Assembly: GCF_009914755.1 (NCBI RefSeq)
Contig: NC_060940.1
Direction: 5' to 3' (one strand)
From: the human T2T-CHM13v2.0 reference genome, Homo sapiens
Length of the DNA stretch: 64,000 nt
Of the stretch, positions 48,916 to 64,000 are shown in pieces. The first letter of the stretch is position 1; every line of letters begins with the position of its first letter. The position numbers were made by a program, and so were the translations under genes. The notes beneath the pieces were generated by a model. The model saw only the letters and a list, made by a program, of their open reading frames with translations. It did not search any database and was not told the origin of the DNA.

Positions 48916-49559
48916 TCAATTTTACAATAAAATAAAAGTGACTCAGCCTACCCTGGGTGGGGTTAAGGGCTGGCCTCTATCACACCTATCAGCTCCCAGA
49001 GGTCCTGGATCCCCCAGAAGCTGCTAGGAGGGGCTGAGGGCCATTACTCAGAAGTGCAGAGTGGAGCAAGCTTTGACCAATAAGAGACAGGAAACAGCAG
49101 GAGCTGGCAGATGACTGACTCCAGAGTTATCCCATGCTTGTGTTTCTGGGAAACTGCAACTCCACTAGGCAATATACACTTCTTTGGTTTTGCTCTTCCT
49201 CTTTCTCTCTTTCCCTTATCCCTGCTTTCTTGAGATTGCGTGACCCAATGAAACATTTGCATATTTGTATCAGGCACTGTTGGTAGGCTAAGATAACCTC
49301 CATCCCCAAAACCTATGACACATGGGGTATCTCCTGAAGGATGCCATTCAAGTTAATCCCCAAACATTATGGCTTAAAGCCACAACTGTTTTTATTATAG
49401 ATCATGATTTTGAGGGTCAGGAATTTAAGCAGGACCCAGCTGGGCAGTTCTTCTGCTCACACAGTATCATCTGAGGTCACTCAGTAGTATTCAGAGGGCT
49501 TCGGGGCTGCTCTGAAGGGTCTAGTGCAGTTTTAGTGATGTGCCAGGCACCTTGGTGGG

Positions 49560-49908
49560 TGTATTAGTCCATTTTCATGCTCTTAACAAAGACATACCTG
49601 AGACTGGGTCATTTTTACAGGAAAGAGGTTTAATGGACTCAGAGTTCCACATGGCTGGGGAGCCTCGCAATCATGGTGGAAGGCAAGGAGGAGCAAGTCA
49701 CGTCTTACATGGATGGCAGCGGGCAAAAAGAGAGCTTGTGCAGGGAAACTCCCTGTTATAAAACCATCAGATCTCATGAGACTTACTATCATGAGAATAG
49801 CATGAGAAAGACCCACCCCCATGATTCAATTACCTCCCACCAGGTCCCTCTCACAACATGTGAGAATTCAAGATGAGATTTGGATGGGGACACAGCCAAA
49901 CCATATCA
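49560..49908 (-). mobile_element. THE1 solo LTR nested in an older MLT1-like LTR (~49360-50235)
   Basis: tgtattagtcc..ccatatca; TSD GTGGG (49555-49559 / 49909-49913). Confidence 0.92.
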
Positions 49909-50979
49909 GTGGGACAGGATGGAAGCTGGGCTCAGAGCAACTTCTCTCCCTTTCCATGTCATCTCAGAGTCTCTCCAGGTTTCCCTCCAGCAAAAGCCCT
50001 CAGATTTCTTACACAGTGGATCAGGGGTTTAAAACCAAGAGTTCCAAGAGGTGTAAGGCGGAAACTGCATGATCCCTTAAATGCCAGGACCAGAACCATC
50101 ATGGTGTCACTTCTATGGCAATCTATTCGTCAAAGCAGTCACAGGCCAGCCCAGGCTCAGGAAAAGGGAAATAGACCCCATTTCTGAATGCATCGGGTAT
50201 CAAACAGTTTGCACTCATCTTTGACCTGCCACAGATACACAAGAACTGGGAGGAGGGGTGGGTGGAAGACTGAAGCATTAGAGTAAGAGGGGCTCCTTCA
50301 TCCTCCGGTCATCATTTTCCATGTGCACGTCTGACTTTTTTCAAATAAAAACTGGGGAAGGACAAAAAGTGGGGAGGAACCATGTCAATAAGCTGAATCC
50401 TCATCTTCTATGGCACAGAGTCAATAGAAAATGTCTTAAATTGATAAATCAAGAAAAAGCCTCATAAGCATCTTATTTGGAGTTACAGAGATAAATAACT
50501 GAAGACCTAAAAATGGAAACAACATTTCAAGCACTTGCCTCTGGGAAATAAGACTTAAGGAGGGGAGAGAGAAGAGAAGGGGCCAGGAACCACTGCTTTC
50601 ATTGGCAGCTCCTCTGTACTTTAACTTTGTACGATGTGCTCATATTACTATGATTTTTTTTTTAAATTCAAAAGGGAAAAAAATAAGAACAAAATGATGA
50701 TGGTTATTTTTAAAACTATGTAATTAAACCTGGAAAAATCTCATTTTGCTAAACGGAAAAAAAGTAGCAGGATACGAAACTATATTAATAGTATGGTCAT
50801 AAGTATGTTTAATAAAGAAAGAGAAAAACATATATGGGAGGAGAAAAATCTGAAGAAATTTACCTACCAAATGATAGTGGGTGGGTTTCTCTACTTTTCT
50901 AGGTTTCCCACATTTTCAACAACGTGATTCTCATACTTTCCTAATGAAAAGAAATACATTCCTTACATAAAATAAATTA

Positions 50980-51610
<631 letters not shown>

Positions 51611-52068
51611 TAAAATAAATGAGCCAAGCATCAATTAAAGAAAATGCCAGAAGGTTCTCTGAAGAACTTTCCACAATAGAAGTGTATTTTAAGTCCCTGA
51701 GCCTTCATCTCATGCCTATGGACAGGGGACTCTTTGCACTGGTTCTGGAACGCTCCAGTCCACCATGCCCACGGATTTAGTTAGGAAACCTTCCCAGAAA
51801 GAACTTAGTCCATGTCATTTCAAAATGAATTAATTCAACTCAACAGGAACTTTTGTAAGCCTCCAATGTATGCGGTTCTGAACTTTTGTAAGCCTCCAAT
51901 GTTTCCAGTTCTGAATCTGGAATGCTCATTCAGCCACAAAATAAACATTTATTGAGTACCTACTATGTGCCAGACAAATGCTACTTGCAGGGGTGACAAT
52001 GATAGAGACGGGCAAAATATTCAATTCTTTGGAGCCATAGACTAATGGGAGAGGCAGACAAGTGACTA

Positions 52069-52488
<420 letters not shown>

Positions 52489-53703
52489 TCAGTCTCAAGG
52501 GATGAACCAGGGCAGATCAGGTTAAAGGGGAAAAGCTGTTGCCAGCACAGAGAATAGAATATACAAAGACCCAGAAACAACAGAGAAGATGGATACATTC
52601 AAGGAACTGAGAGTGATCTCAAAAAAAAGATTTGTCATGATCAGAAGAGACAGTCCCAAACCAGCACTCACTTGGGGGCTCTGGGACTGGACTCCCTAAA
52701 TTGGAATCTCAGCCCCATCATGTGAGCTCAAAGTGCTTCACCTCACTGTGCCTCAGTTTCCATGTCTGTAAAACAGGGTAGAAGTAGAACTTAGAAGAGT
52801 TATAAGAATTAAACTAGAGAAGTGAGCATTGTTTATATGTGCTTGTTGCTATGGATCCAAAACTGCCAGTAATAACAATAATAATAATAATAATAGCTTA
52901 TGCTTTCGTTGAGCCCTTGCTTTGCACCTGGCCAGTGACAGGCACATTATCAGTAACACAAATGCAAGTATCTCATCTAACCCTTGCATCAACGCTCAGA
53001 GATGGGTTTTATCAACATCCCCATTTTACAGATGAGGAAAACTGAGGCAGAGCAGTTGCACAACGTCGCAGCTGTTCCTGGTGCTTCACCCAGATCCTCA
53101 TTGCCAGTAAACCATTCATCATTCAGCCTTTGCTGATCTGTGCCTAATGGCTTATACCAATACTTTCTCCGGAGAATTCCTTAGCTAGCAAAAGCCATTT
53201 CACCCAGGGAGTTATGCTCTCACATGCTGAACTGGCCAATGACTAAGCGATATGAGGCGAGAGGAGTCACAAAAAAGTCCAGTCCTCCTGCTTCGAGGCA
53301 GAATACACTCCAGAGACCCACGTGAGATCAAGGCTAGCCTTAGCCTGAGAGCCCATTCTTGCTTGGCTCTGTCCCCTCCCCCATCATCCTCCTTCCCTCA
53401 CTTTCCTTCTCCTGAGAACCCCCACCTTGAATAAACCGCACCTACCCAAATCTCATTCTCGGGCTTCCAAGGAACCCAACCCGTCACACAACTTGCAGGG
53501 ATTCGGACCAGGTTTTCTCCTTCCAAAGGGCCCCACGTGAAACCACCAAGCTGCACCAGGTTCATCTCAAAATCAGAGTCATGGGATCAAAGAACAGTTG
53601 CTGATGCCAACCCCTGCCGGCATGAGCCCACCGCTGGGGAAACAAGGCGAACCAGACATCTCAGACTAGAGGAGTGAATCCAAGGAGAGAAGATGACAGG
53701 AGG

Positions 53704-54053
53704 TGTATTTGTTCTCACGCTGCTAATAAAGACCTACCCGAGACTGAGTAATTTACAAAGGAAAGAGGGTGAATGGACTCACAGTTCCACATGGCTGAGG
53801 AGGTCTCACAATCATGGTGGAAGGCCAAAGAACAGCGAAGTCACATGCTACACAGCGGCAGGCAAGAGAGCTTGCGCAGCGGAACTCCCATTTATAAAAC
53901 CATCAGATCTCGTGAGACTTACTCACTACCATGAGAACCGTATGCGGAAACTGCCCCCATGTTTTAATTATCTCCACCTGGCCCCGCCCTTGACACGTGG
54001 GGATTATTACAATTCAAGGTGAGTTTGGATGGGGATACAGCCAGACCATATCA
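53704..54053 (-). mobile_element. THE1 solo LTR
   Basis: tgtatt..ctgctaataaagac..gaccatatca; flanks ggagg / ggaga. Confidence 0.9.
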
Positions 54054-54223
54054 GGAGAGGGCACAGCATTAGGACGCAGCCGGTGGTACTGTAATTCGGG
54101 TCGGGGGAGGTTGCTGAAATACACTCATAAGGGTAGTTTAAAAAGAGCATCATCAAGGAGACAGGCTTTCCAGCCTTGGCCTTCGGGAGAAAGAAAGAGA
54201 GAGTGAAAAAAACATGGGCTTTA

Positions 54224-54522
<299 letters not shown>

Positions 54523-55846
54523 AGGGGAGGGGCAGGGCTTTAGACAGATCCAAGCTCAACCCTGCAAGTTGCCGGGACTCCGTTTCTTTATCTGTAACAT
54601 GGAGATCACGATGTTCACCTCGCAGAGTAGATTAAGCAGCTGGCATGTGTGAAGTGCCCAGCACTGTGTCTAGCATATGCTAGGTACTTGGCATGTGTTT
54701 CTTTCTTTCCCTCCCTTGTTCAAGGCCACATAGTCCATGACTGGCAGAGCTAGAAGCCTTCTCATTTACCCACAATCAAAGAACTTCTACAAAATAGAAA
54801 CAGCCCCCTGCCCCCTCCTGCCCCCGCCCACCTGCTACCTTAATAGGTTATTTCCCAGTTATTCAATGCAAGAGACTTAGCCCAGCTAAAGTTATTCAAA
54901 ATCGACCTTGAGATCAGGAACAAATTGGCTACAGCAGTCAGCGATTGGCAAATGCAATCTAAATGCCCCAGGCGGCATTAGAGCCTTCCACGTTGACAGG
55001 AAGAGTCAATGTGCATCTTGGAAAAATCTGAGAAAAAAAAATTAAAGGTCACCGCATTTGTAGGCAGAATGGGTTTTCTTGAGACCATTACAAACAGACT
55101 GCCTAAATTGCAAAGATTCCAGGCTTGACAGCTCCCGGAGGACTCCAGATGGAAAGAACACCACCCCCATCTCTTATACATCCAGGCTGCTGTCTGTGGA
55201 CGTCCGAAGGTTCTCCCACCACCCATGCTATTATTGAAATTCCACAATCAACCTGCAATGCCCCAGTGAACCATTTTGCTGGGATGGGAGGACCAACTTA
55301 GGGCCAGCCCTGTGTTCCAAGGGGCTGACCAGGCAGGACAGCCAAGGAGGCACAAGTCTGTAAGATGGGTCCAAACATTTCTGTAGGAAGGGGGTCTTGA
55401 GCCAAAGCAGGAAAAATCAAACCCCAACACAAAGTGTAGAGAGAGTCGGATCATAAATCACACACAGACAGGGTCCGAGAAACATGGGCTGGGGACCAGC
55501 AGATGACAGGCTAGGATAATTGATCATTAGAACATCTGTGCTGTTTTTGTTGTAAGAATAGTATCAATATTAATAACAACAGCTAATATATATTGAGTGG
55601 CTTCTGGAGCCAGGCACTGTGGTAAACTTTTGCACGTATCCTCTCACTTAATCCTCACAGTGCTCTACAAAGTGGGTACTGGATTCATGCCCATTTCACA
55701 GAGAACATATCTGAGGCTCAGAGAGGCATCTACAAGGTCAACCAGGTAATCAGGAAAGCCAGATTTCAAGGGCTTGTCCACATCACTCTATGACATGTGG
55801 GGAACTCAAGTGTGTGTTGGCTTAACTCAAATAAATAGTACAAGTT

Positions 55847-56185
55847 AGGCTGGGCACGGTGGCTCATGCCTGTAATCCCAGCACTTTGGGAGGCCAAGGC
55901 AGGTGGATCACCTGAGGCCAGGAGTCTGAGACCAGTCTGGCCAAAGTGGCAAAACCCTGTCTCTACTAAAAATACAAAAAATTAGCCAGGTATGGTGGTG
56001 GGCATCTGTAATGCGAGCTACTCAGGAGGCTGAGACAGGAGAATTGCTTGAACCCCGGGAGACAGAAATTGCAGTAAGCCAAGATCGTGCCACTGCACTC
56101 CATCCAGCCTGGGCAACAAGAGCGAAACTCCGTCTCAAAAAAAAAAAAAAAAAAACCAACCAACAAACAAACAAAAAAACAAATA
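55847..56185 (+). mobile_element. Alu (AluS)
   Basis: Full dimer. Confidence 0.95.
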
Positions 56186-56532
56186 AATAGTAAAAGTTAC
56201 TTCTCAACACGAGCCAGTCATTTTTTAAAGTATCTTACATTTTTCTTTTCCTTTACTTATTACTTTTTGAATTGACAAACAAAAATTGTCTATAATTATT
56301 GTGTACAACCTGATGTTTTGAAATATGTATACATTGCGGACTGGGGAAATCAAGCTAATTAACAAGTGGTGGGGATGCTTCAAATTTACTCTCTTGGCAA
56401 TTTGCAAGAATACAAACACTTTTATTAATTATAGTCACTATTTTCCAAACAAGGAAACGAATGCCCAGTAAAAGTACAAAGTAACAGAACTCCTCACTGA
56501 AGCTGGGGTCATGGGTGAAAAAGATAAATATA

Positions 56533-56917
<385 letters not shown>

Positions 56918-58878
56918 TCATTCCCTTCACCATGGGAAGAACAGAATCCTCTGCCCCGTTAGTGATGGGTTTGTTTTGGCCAATGGAACATGAGCAGAGC
57001 TGACGGTGCACCAGTTCCCAGCTTAGACCTTAAAAGGCATTGAGTATTTCTGCTCACTCCTCTCTGGAAGCTGCCAACCTTCACCAGGTACCACTGCTTC
57101 TCCAATCTGGACCTCAGAAATAAATGTAAGAATCAGACTTGAACTCAACCCACAGCCTAAAGCAGAATCTCTCCAGCTAAACCACAGACCTATGAGCAAA
57201 AAAAAGTGTTTATTTTTATAACCATGAGGGTGGTGTTACTTGTTACACAGCTACAGGTAACTGATACATTTACACGTGAATATGTGCACATACTATACAT
57301 GTGCATATTATATAGGATACATATGTGTGGCCGTGTTACATGGAAATAGATACATATAAATCCTTAAAATGTATCTCCATATGTGGGATATTTATACATA
57401 TCTATTTGGGAGATAGTAAATGAGGTAGAATTTGGAGACTGCTAAATTTGCATTCTTGCATTGACACAAGCTGTGCATTTTGGGGGAAATTACTTGACAT
57501 CTCTGAGCACATTTTCTCCTTTGTAACATGGAGATAAAGATGAAGCTTATCTCATAGGATTACTGTGAGAGTTGAGTAAAATAATACACGTAATGGGCTT
57601 AGCAGGGAGCCTAACACACACTCGCTCACACCCATTCATTCAATAAATGTTATTGAGTAACCACATTTGCCAGGCCCTCTTATTGGTGTTTAGAACACAG
57701 TTACTAGCTGTGGGGAAAAAAGCAAAAATAAAAAGGATAAGGAGAGCCAGCAGCCCCGGAGGAGGAGGGAGGCAGGCATAGGATGTGCCTGTGCCTGGCA
57801 CGTAGTAAGTGCTCAATTATTGGTAGCCATTTTTATTCTCAAAGTGATTAACGTGAGAACAAGGGGGTCAGCTGGAGATTTAAAAAACAATAATCAGTCT
57901 CTCTGCTCCGCAGCAGACCCCTGAGACCCTTGGCAAACCCCAGCAATAGATCAAGGACCTTCAGTAGGTGAATACAGTCGCAGGAACTGCTATAGCTGAC
58001 ACATAGTCCCTGCAACTCCAGCCAGACGCCAGCACCAGCTGCCACTGGGAGATGTGAGCTTGGCTTCTCCATGAAAGAGAAAGATTCCTGGGGCCTCAGC
58101 CATGCCTCAAACCCACTGATAACATCAAACACACATTGCTGGGGGGAGCCGGCCAGGTGCTCAGAAGCTGCAGGGTGACCCTGCATGTAGGTGTCGGGAA
58201 GTCAGCAGCGACTCGCGGGTGGAGAAACACCCACGCCTTTGCAAACACTCTTAATGTAATGCACTGCCCTTGAGGCCACCTCCCGTTTTTTTGGCCCTAA
58301 TTGGCATGTTTTTCTGTCTCCTCAGAAACAGCCACGGGAGACAACATTCCATAGCAGTTAAAAGTGTGGTCTCTGGGTTTGCAACCAGACTATTCCCCAC
58401 CAGCTGCAACCTTGGGCGAGACACTTAACCCCAGGAGCTTCCCCTCCCGTGGTTGTGATGATTAAATGAGATAACCAGATAACCCCTTAGATGGCAAACA
58501 CTCAGCACAGTGCCTGATGCTCATCATTGTGGCTTTTATTACGGACTCATTTTATAAACGAGGACATCAAGGCCCAGACAGCTTAAGCCATTTGCTCAAG
58601 GTCAGAAGGTCACTCTAACCTTGCCATCAAATCTTGGGATTTTCTTTTTCCTCCATCACACCATCCCCAACTGATCTACTCCTCAAGTGAATTTCAGAAA
58701 TCCTCCAAAGATGAATTTTGATCTACCTAGAGCTGTGCTGACTTAACTGGAGCATAGCACATATTTTCAAAACAGGAGGAAACTTGACCACAGCTTTGAG
58801 CCATGTGGATGATAAAGTCATCGTAGGTGAACTTGAGACTGGGATTCGGCCCTTGTGTCAATTGTGATTAGCACAGAG

Positions 58879-59513
58879 TGAAGCAGCGTCATTCTCTCGG
58901 GGGTAATACCTGAGATTCGTTGCCTCATACCAAAAACATTAAGGACACAGACACACACAAAGAGTGAGTTTAAAAGCAGAGGTTTAATAGGCAAAAGAAT
59001 GAGAAAGGAGAACACTGTCTCTCTTCCGAGAGGGGGGCACCCAGTGGGACTTCTGGCCCAAGTCAGAGTGCACCAGATTTTACAGGGTTGGGGAGGCGGT
59101 GCCTGATTTACTAGGGCCCAAAGATTGGTTGCACCAGGTGTGACATTTACATAGCGCATGGGGAAGTTGGCCGCCCCACCCTAGTGTTACTATGCAAATG
59201 GGGTCTTTGCCTGGCTGGCTCCTTGTTGCCTGCTCCTTACTGTACACATGGCTGGCAAAGAGAAGGGAAGATGGAACTGCCGTGTTGGACGTGCCTAGCC
59301 CCAGCTAGCCTTTTCTTATGGGCGGAGCTGCCGGCATTCACCCGTGCAAGCTTCCAGCTTGCTTGCCTATGTCTGCAGCTTGATTTTACAGGATGCTCTC
59401 CGTTAGAAAAGAAAAATGATTTGGGGACTGCTTTTCATTAAAAGGAAAACCTTACTGAGGACTTCCTTACCCTCACTATCTGCCTAAATAATTTCTTCTT
59501 AACTCTTACATCA
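58879..59513 (-). mobile_element. ERV1 solo LTR, MER61/LTR9-like
   Basis: Minus strand starts tgatgtaagagttaagaagaaattatttaggcagatagtgaggg; TG..CA termini. Confidence 0.78.
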
Positions 59514-59587
59514 GTAATATGAACTCAACAGACTGAAAGTAACAATCAGATCACAAACACAGATGTCTACAGAGTCTGGAGGTTACT

Positions 59588-59678
59588 AGGGTGACTATCC
59601 ATCCTGGCTTGAGCACTGCAAGTCCCACACTCTGGGAATCCGCTCAGGCCTGGGCAAACCAAGACAGCTGGTCACCCT
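59588..59678. mobile_element. MER81/MER94-like hAT MITE
   Basis: Inverted ends agggtgac ... gtcaccct. Confidence 0.7.
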
Positions 59679-59914
59679 CGCCGTAACATAAGTGAGTAAA
59701 GGTATAAAAAGCTGTGCCTGTCTCAGCGTTTTCCACTTCTGAGAAGCAATCATGTATGGTGGTTAAAAGCAAGGACTCTAGAGCCAGACTCACTTGGTCT
59801 ATACCCCACCTCCGTTGCCTACCAGCTGCAGGACCTCACACAGGATTACCCAACCTCACCATGCTTCCGTTTCCTCACATATAAAATAGAGATATTAGAG
59901 CCCCCTACCCTAGG

Positions 59915-60130
59915 TCAGCCTCAACACCACTGACATTTTGGACCTGATCGTTCTTTACTGGGGAGTCTGGGGACAGCCCTGTGCCTTGTAGGATGTTTAG
60001 CAGCATCCATGGCCTCTACATACTGGACGACAGTAGCACAGTATACCCTAGTTGTGACCATCAAAAATGTCTCCAGACATTGCCAAATGTCCCTTATGGG
60101 GATAGAAGTGTCCCCAGTTGAGAACCAGTG
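59915..60130. mobile_element. MER20
   Basis: cactgacattttgg..gtaggatgtttagcagcatcc..aaaatgtctccagacattgccaaatgtccc..gttgagaacca. Confidence 0.88.
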
Positions 60131-60666
60131 TCGTAGGCAGTGTTGTGAGGATAAGGGAGGTGGTACATGCAAAATGCTGAGAAAAAGCCATGACTTGGAG
60201 AGTCTGTTTCTACAGGAACAGCCAATAAAGCCTTAGAGATGGAGCAGGAAGGTGGCAAGCCAAGAGCTGAGCAAGCAGGACCTTGGAGGGACCAAGGGCA
60301 GGGCAGCCAAGCCACTGTGAAGTGGAACAAGTTCTGCAAACGGAGGCCAGCCCGGCCACCCTCCCCCTCACCTCTCACACAAGATTGGACTTCTATTTCA
60401 CCCCAGGTGCGGAAAGTGGAGTGAATTACTCCTCAGTTTCTGGCATGGCACCACGGTGCAGTGCAAAACCCCCTCAGCTGAGGTATTCCTCTTCTCTTGA
60501 ATGTGTGCGCATTCTTGTGAAGTGCATTTGCTCATCAAATATTGAGTGTTCAGAATGTGGCACGAAGACAGCGGTGAACAAAATAGACAGAAATCCCTGC
60601 CCTCTTGTAGCTTTAAGCATACTGTCTTGTGTACAAATACATTTTTAACCAATAAAAATTGTGTCA

Positions 60667-62107
<1,441 letters not shown>

Positions 62108-62294
62108 CTAACTACCGCAGTCATATCCCACAGTGAGTATCTGTCATGCTTTGCTTATCTATCCCCTTCTGATGCGCACAGCAGTGGCTTCCAATACCCC
62201 GCTACCACAAACCCACCTCCTTGAACATCCTTGGGTGAAACTTTCTCTGGGGTATAAATCCAGGAGGGGAATTGCTGCTGCTCAGTCTTTAATA

Positions 62295-62425
62295 TGCACA
62301 GGACTCACCCAGGGATCTTGTTAAAAGGCAGATTTTGACTCAAGAAGTCTGGAAGGAGACTCGAGAATTTCCATTTCTAACAAGCTCCCAGGTGATGCTG
62401 ATGCTGCTGGTCTGGGACCACAGAG
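62295..62425. mobile_element. MER5A fragment
   Basis: atttctaacaagctcccaggtgatgctgatgctgctggtc. Confidence 0.8.
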
Positions 62426-63323
62426 AATATGCAGCCTTCATTTGCTTTAGTGTCAGATCTCTCTAGAATGACCGCGCCAGTCCACAGTCCAAGGGCTTGC
62501 TTTTAGAGGGGGCCAAACCCCACTGGCCCCCCTAACACGGTGTAGACTTGCAGGGCTCTGCTGAGAGCCACCATTAACCACAAGCATCATGTCCGTATTG
62601 CTACCGTTCGTCAATACCCTTGACCCTCTTGCCTTCAGGAACCCTCTATTTCCAAGCACATCTCCAAATCAGAGCCCCACCCCCTCCACAATGCAAAGTG
62701 GGACCATCTAGAAGAACATCCAGCCCAACCTCCTGGCTTTATAAAGGGAGAAACCAAGACTGAGAGACTTGCAAGAAATCACAAGAAATTCCCGTTTCTT
62801 TGCATCTTACTCCTCCAGAGCCCTCTTTGAGTGATCAGTAATTCGTCCACAATTTATAGGACTTAGTTCACTTTACCCATCTTTTTCCATCTCCCTGCCC
62901 CACCCCACTCCACCCTCCCCATCCCATATCCCCCAGCCCACCCTGCTTTTTAATCCTTGCTAGAATCATCCATTTTGCGACCAAGTATTGACTTCAAATG
63001 ATATATGAGACAATTGACATTTCAAATATTCCAGGCAGGATACAGAATTCTGATCACGGCCCAGTCTGAAACATCTCCTCCACATCTCTTTCCTTATTCC
63101 TTCTGGGCAATAATTGTCCCCCCACCAGCCCACCCCACTCCCAACCTCGACATTAATTTCCCCTGATTCATTTTTCATGCCTTTGAATTCTGCCTTTTCA
63201 AAGCAGAATATGTTTCTGTAGCTGTTTCTCATACCTCCCTTCCCCTCATGAATATTTCAAATGCAATAGTGATATGATCGTTCAACCTTAAGAGGCACAC
63301 CAACTTTATCTTATTTATCTTAC

Positions 63324-63750
63324 CGAGCTGCTTCCGATCCCGGGATTAAGTCCAAAACATCCTTTGAGAGTTTGTTTGAGTTGTTTTCCCTCAGGCTGTT
63401 GCTGCTGTGTATGTAAATTACAAAGAGAAGCAGCCTCCCCCTCCCCTCAGCCCCAGCCCCGGGCACCAGCCCCCGGCCCGAGACGCCCGCCCTCCCTCTG
63501 CCAATCCTTCCTGGGAGATGCAAGACGCGCTCCTCTCAAAGCCAATTGGCAGGCCTCCGGACGGGTCCCTGCCAGGGCATGTCTCCCTGACTTCCTCCAG
63601 TGGTCTCTTAGAAGCCCAAAACTCACCATGCGACCTTGGGTAGGGCGTTCCGCCACTCAGGCAAGTTTCCCCATCTACAAACAAGGGGAATAGACACGGC
63701 GACCCTAAAGTCCTTTCAGCTCTGAGACTCCATGTCACGTGATGTAATGT
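63324..63750 (-). promoter_or_regulatory. Candidate promoter and non-coding first exon (orientation inferred)
   Basis: GC/CpG-rich unique DNA; GC box CCCGCCC 63486-63492; CCAAT 63501-63505; palindromic GCCAATTGGC 63541-63550; GTCACGTGAT 63734-63743; minus-strand donor TCG|GTAAGA at 63324/63323. Confidence 0.45.
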
Positions 63751-63817
63751 AACAGACAGAGCCCTACCTGGTTCCAATCCAAGCTCTACTACTAAACGAG
63801 TGATGAGATGGCTCACC

Positions 63818-64000
63818 AACTGTACCTACCACTGACTAGCTGTGTGACCCTTAACTAACTGTACCTACCACTGACTAGCCGTGTGACCCTTAACTAACTG
63901 TACCTACCACTGACTAGTGGTGTGACCCTTAACTAACTACACCTACCACTGACTAGCCGTGTGACCCTTAACTAACTGTACCTACCACAGACTAGCCGTG
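63818..64000. repeat. 39-bp minisatellite/VNTR (at least 4.7 copies, runs off the window), MIR-core-like
   Basis: Unit aactgtacctaccactgactagc(t/c)gtgtgacccttaact starting at 63818, 63857, 63896, 63935, 63974. Confidence 0.95.

Noticed and set aside
63364-63819. Overlapping GC-rich ORFs near the candidate promoter
   Set aside because: Low-complexity Pro/Gly/Arg ORFs expected from GC content; no recognisable homology
63818-64000. CRISPR-like array or coding repeat (39 bp = 13 codons)
   Set aside because: Units abut with no unique spacers, the context is eukaryotic, and no ORF of 60 aa or more covers the array

Overview
Primate, human-like non-coding DNA dominated by repeats: about 36 Alus, old and young L1 fragments, MaLR/ERV solo LTRs, MIR/L2 and DNA-transposon fossils. 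No intact protein-coding gene, RNA gene or CRISPR array is supported; the ORFs in the track are mostly Alu, L1, LTR or simple-repeat artefacts. The one gene-derived feature is an old, disabled processed pseudogene of geminin (GMNN) at about 11.4-13.7 kb, later interrupted by an L1 3' fragment and an LTR8-like LTR. I did not find evidence for a new biological system. The best leads are: (i) a promoter-like element with a minus-strand splice donor next to a MIR-derived 39-bp VNTR at the right end; (ii) a CpG-retaining domain at about 26-28.7 kb; (iii) locally templated insertions and duplications, notably an Alu fragment inside a THE1 LTR that appears copied from a neighbouring Alu; (iv) a strong plus-strand bias of Alu/L1 insertions. 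Repeat subfamily names are recognised from memory of consensus sequences and need RepeatMasker/Dfam confirmation. Boundaries are approximate unless TSDs are quoted.
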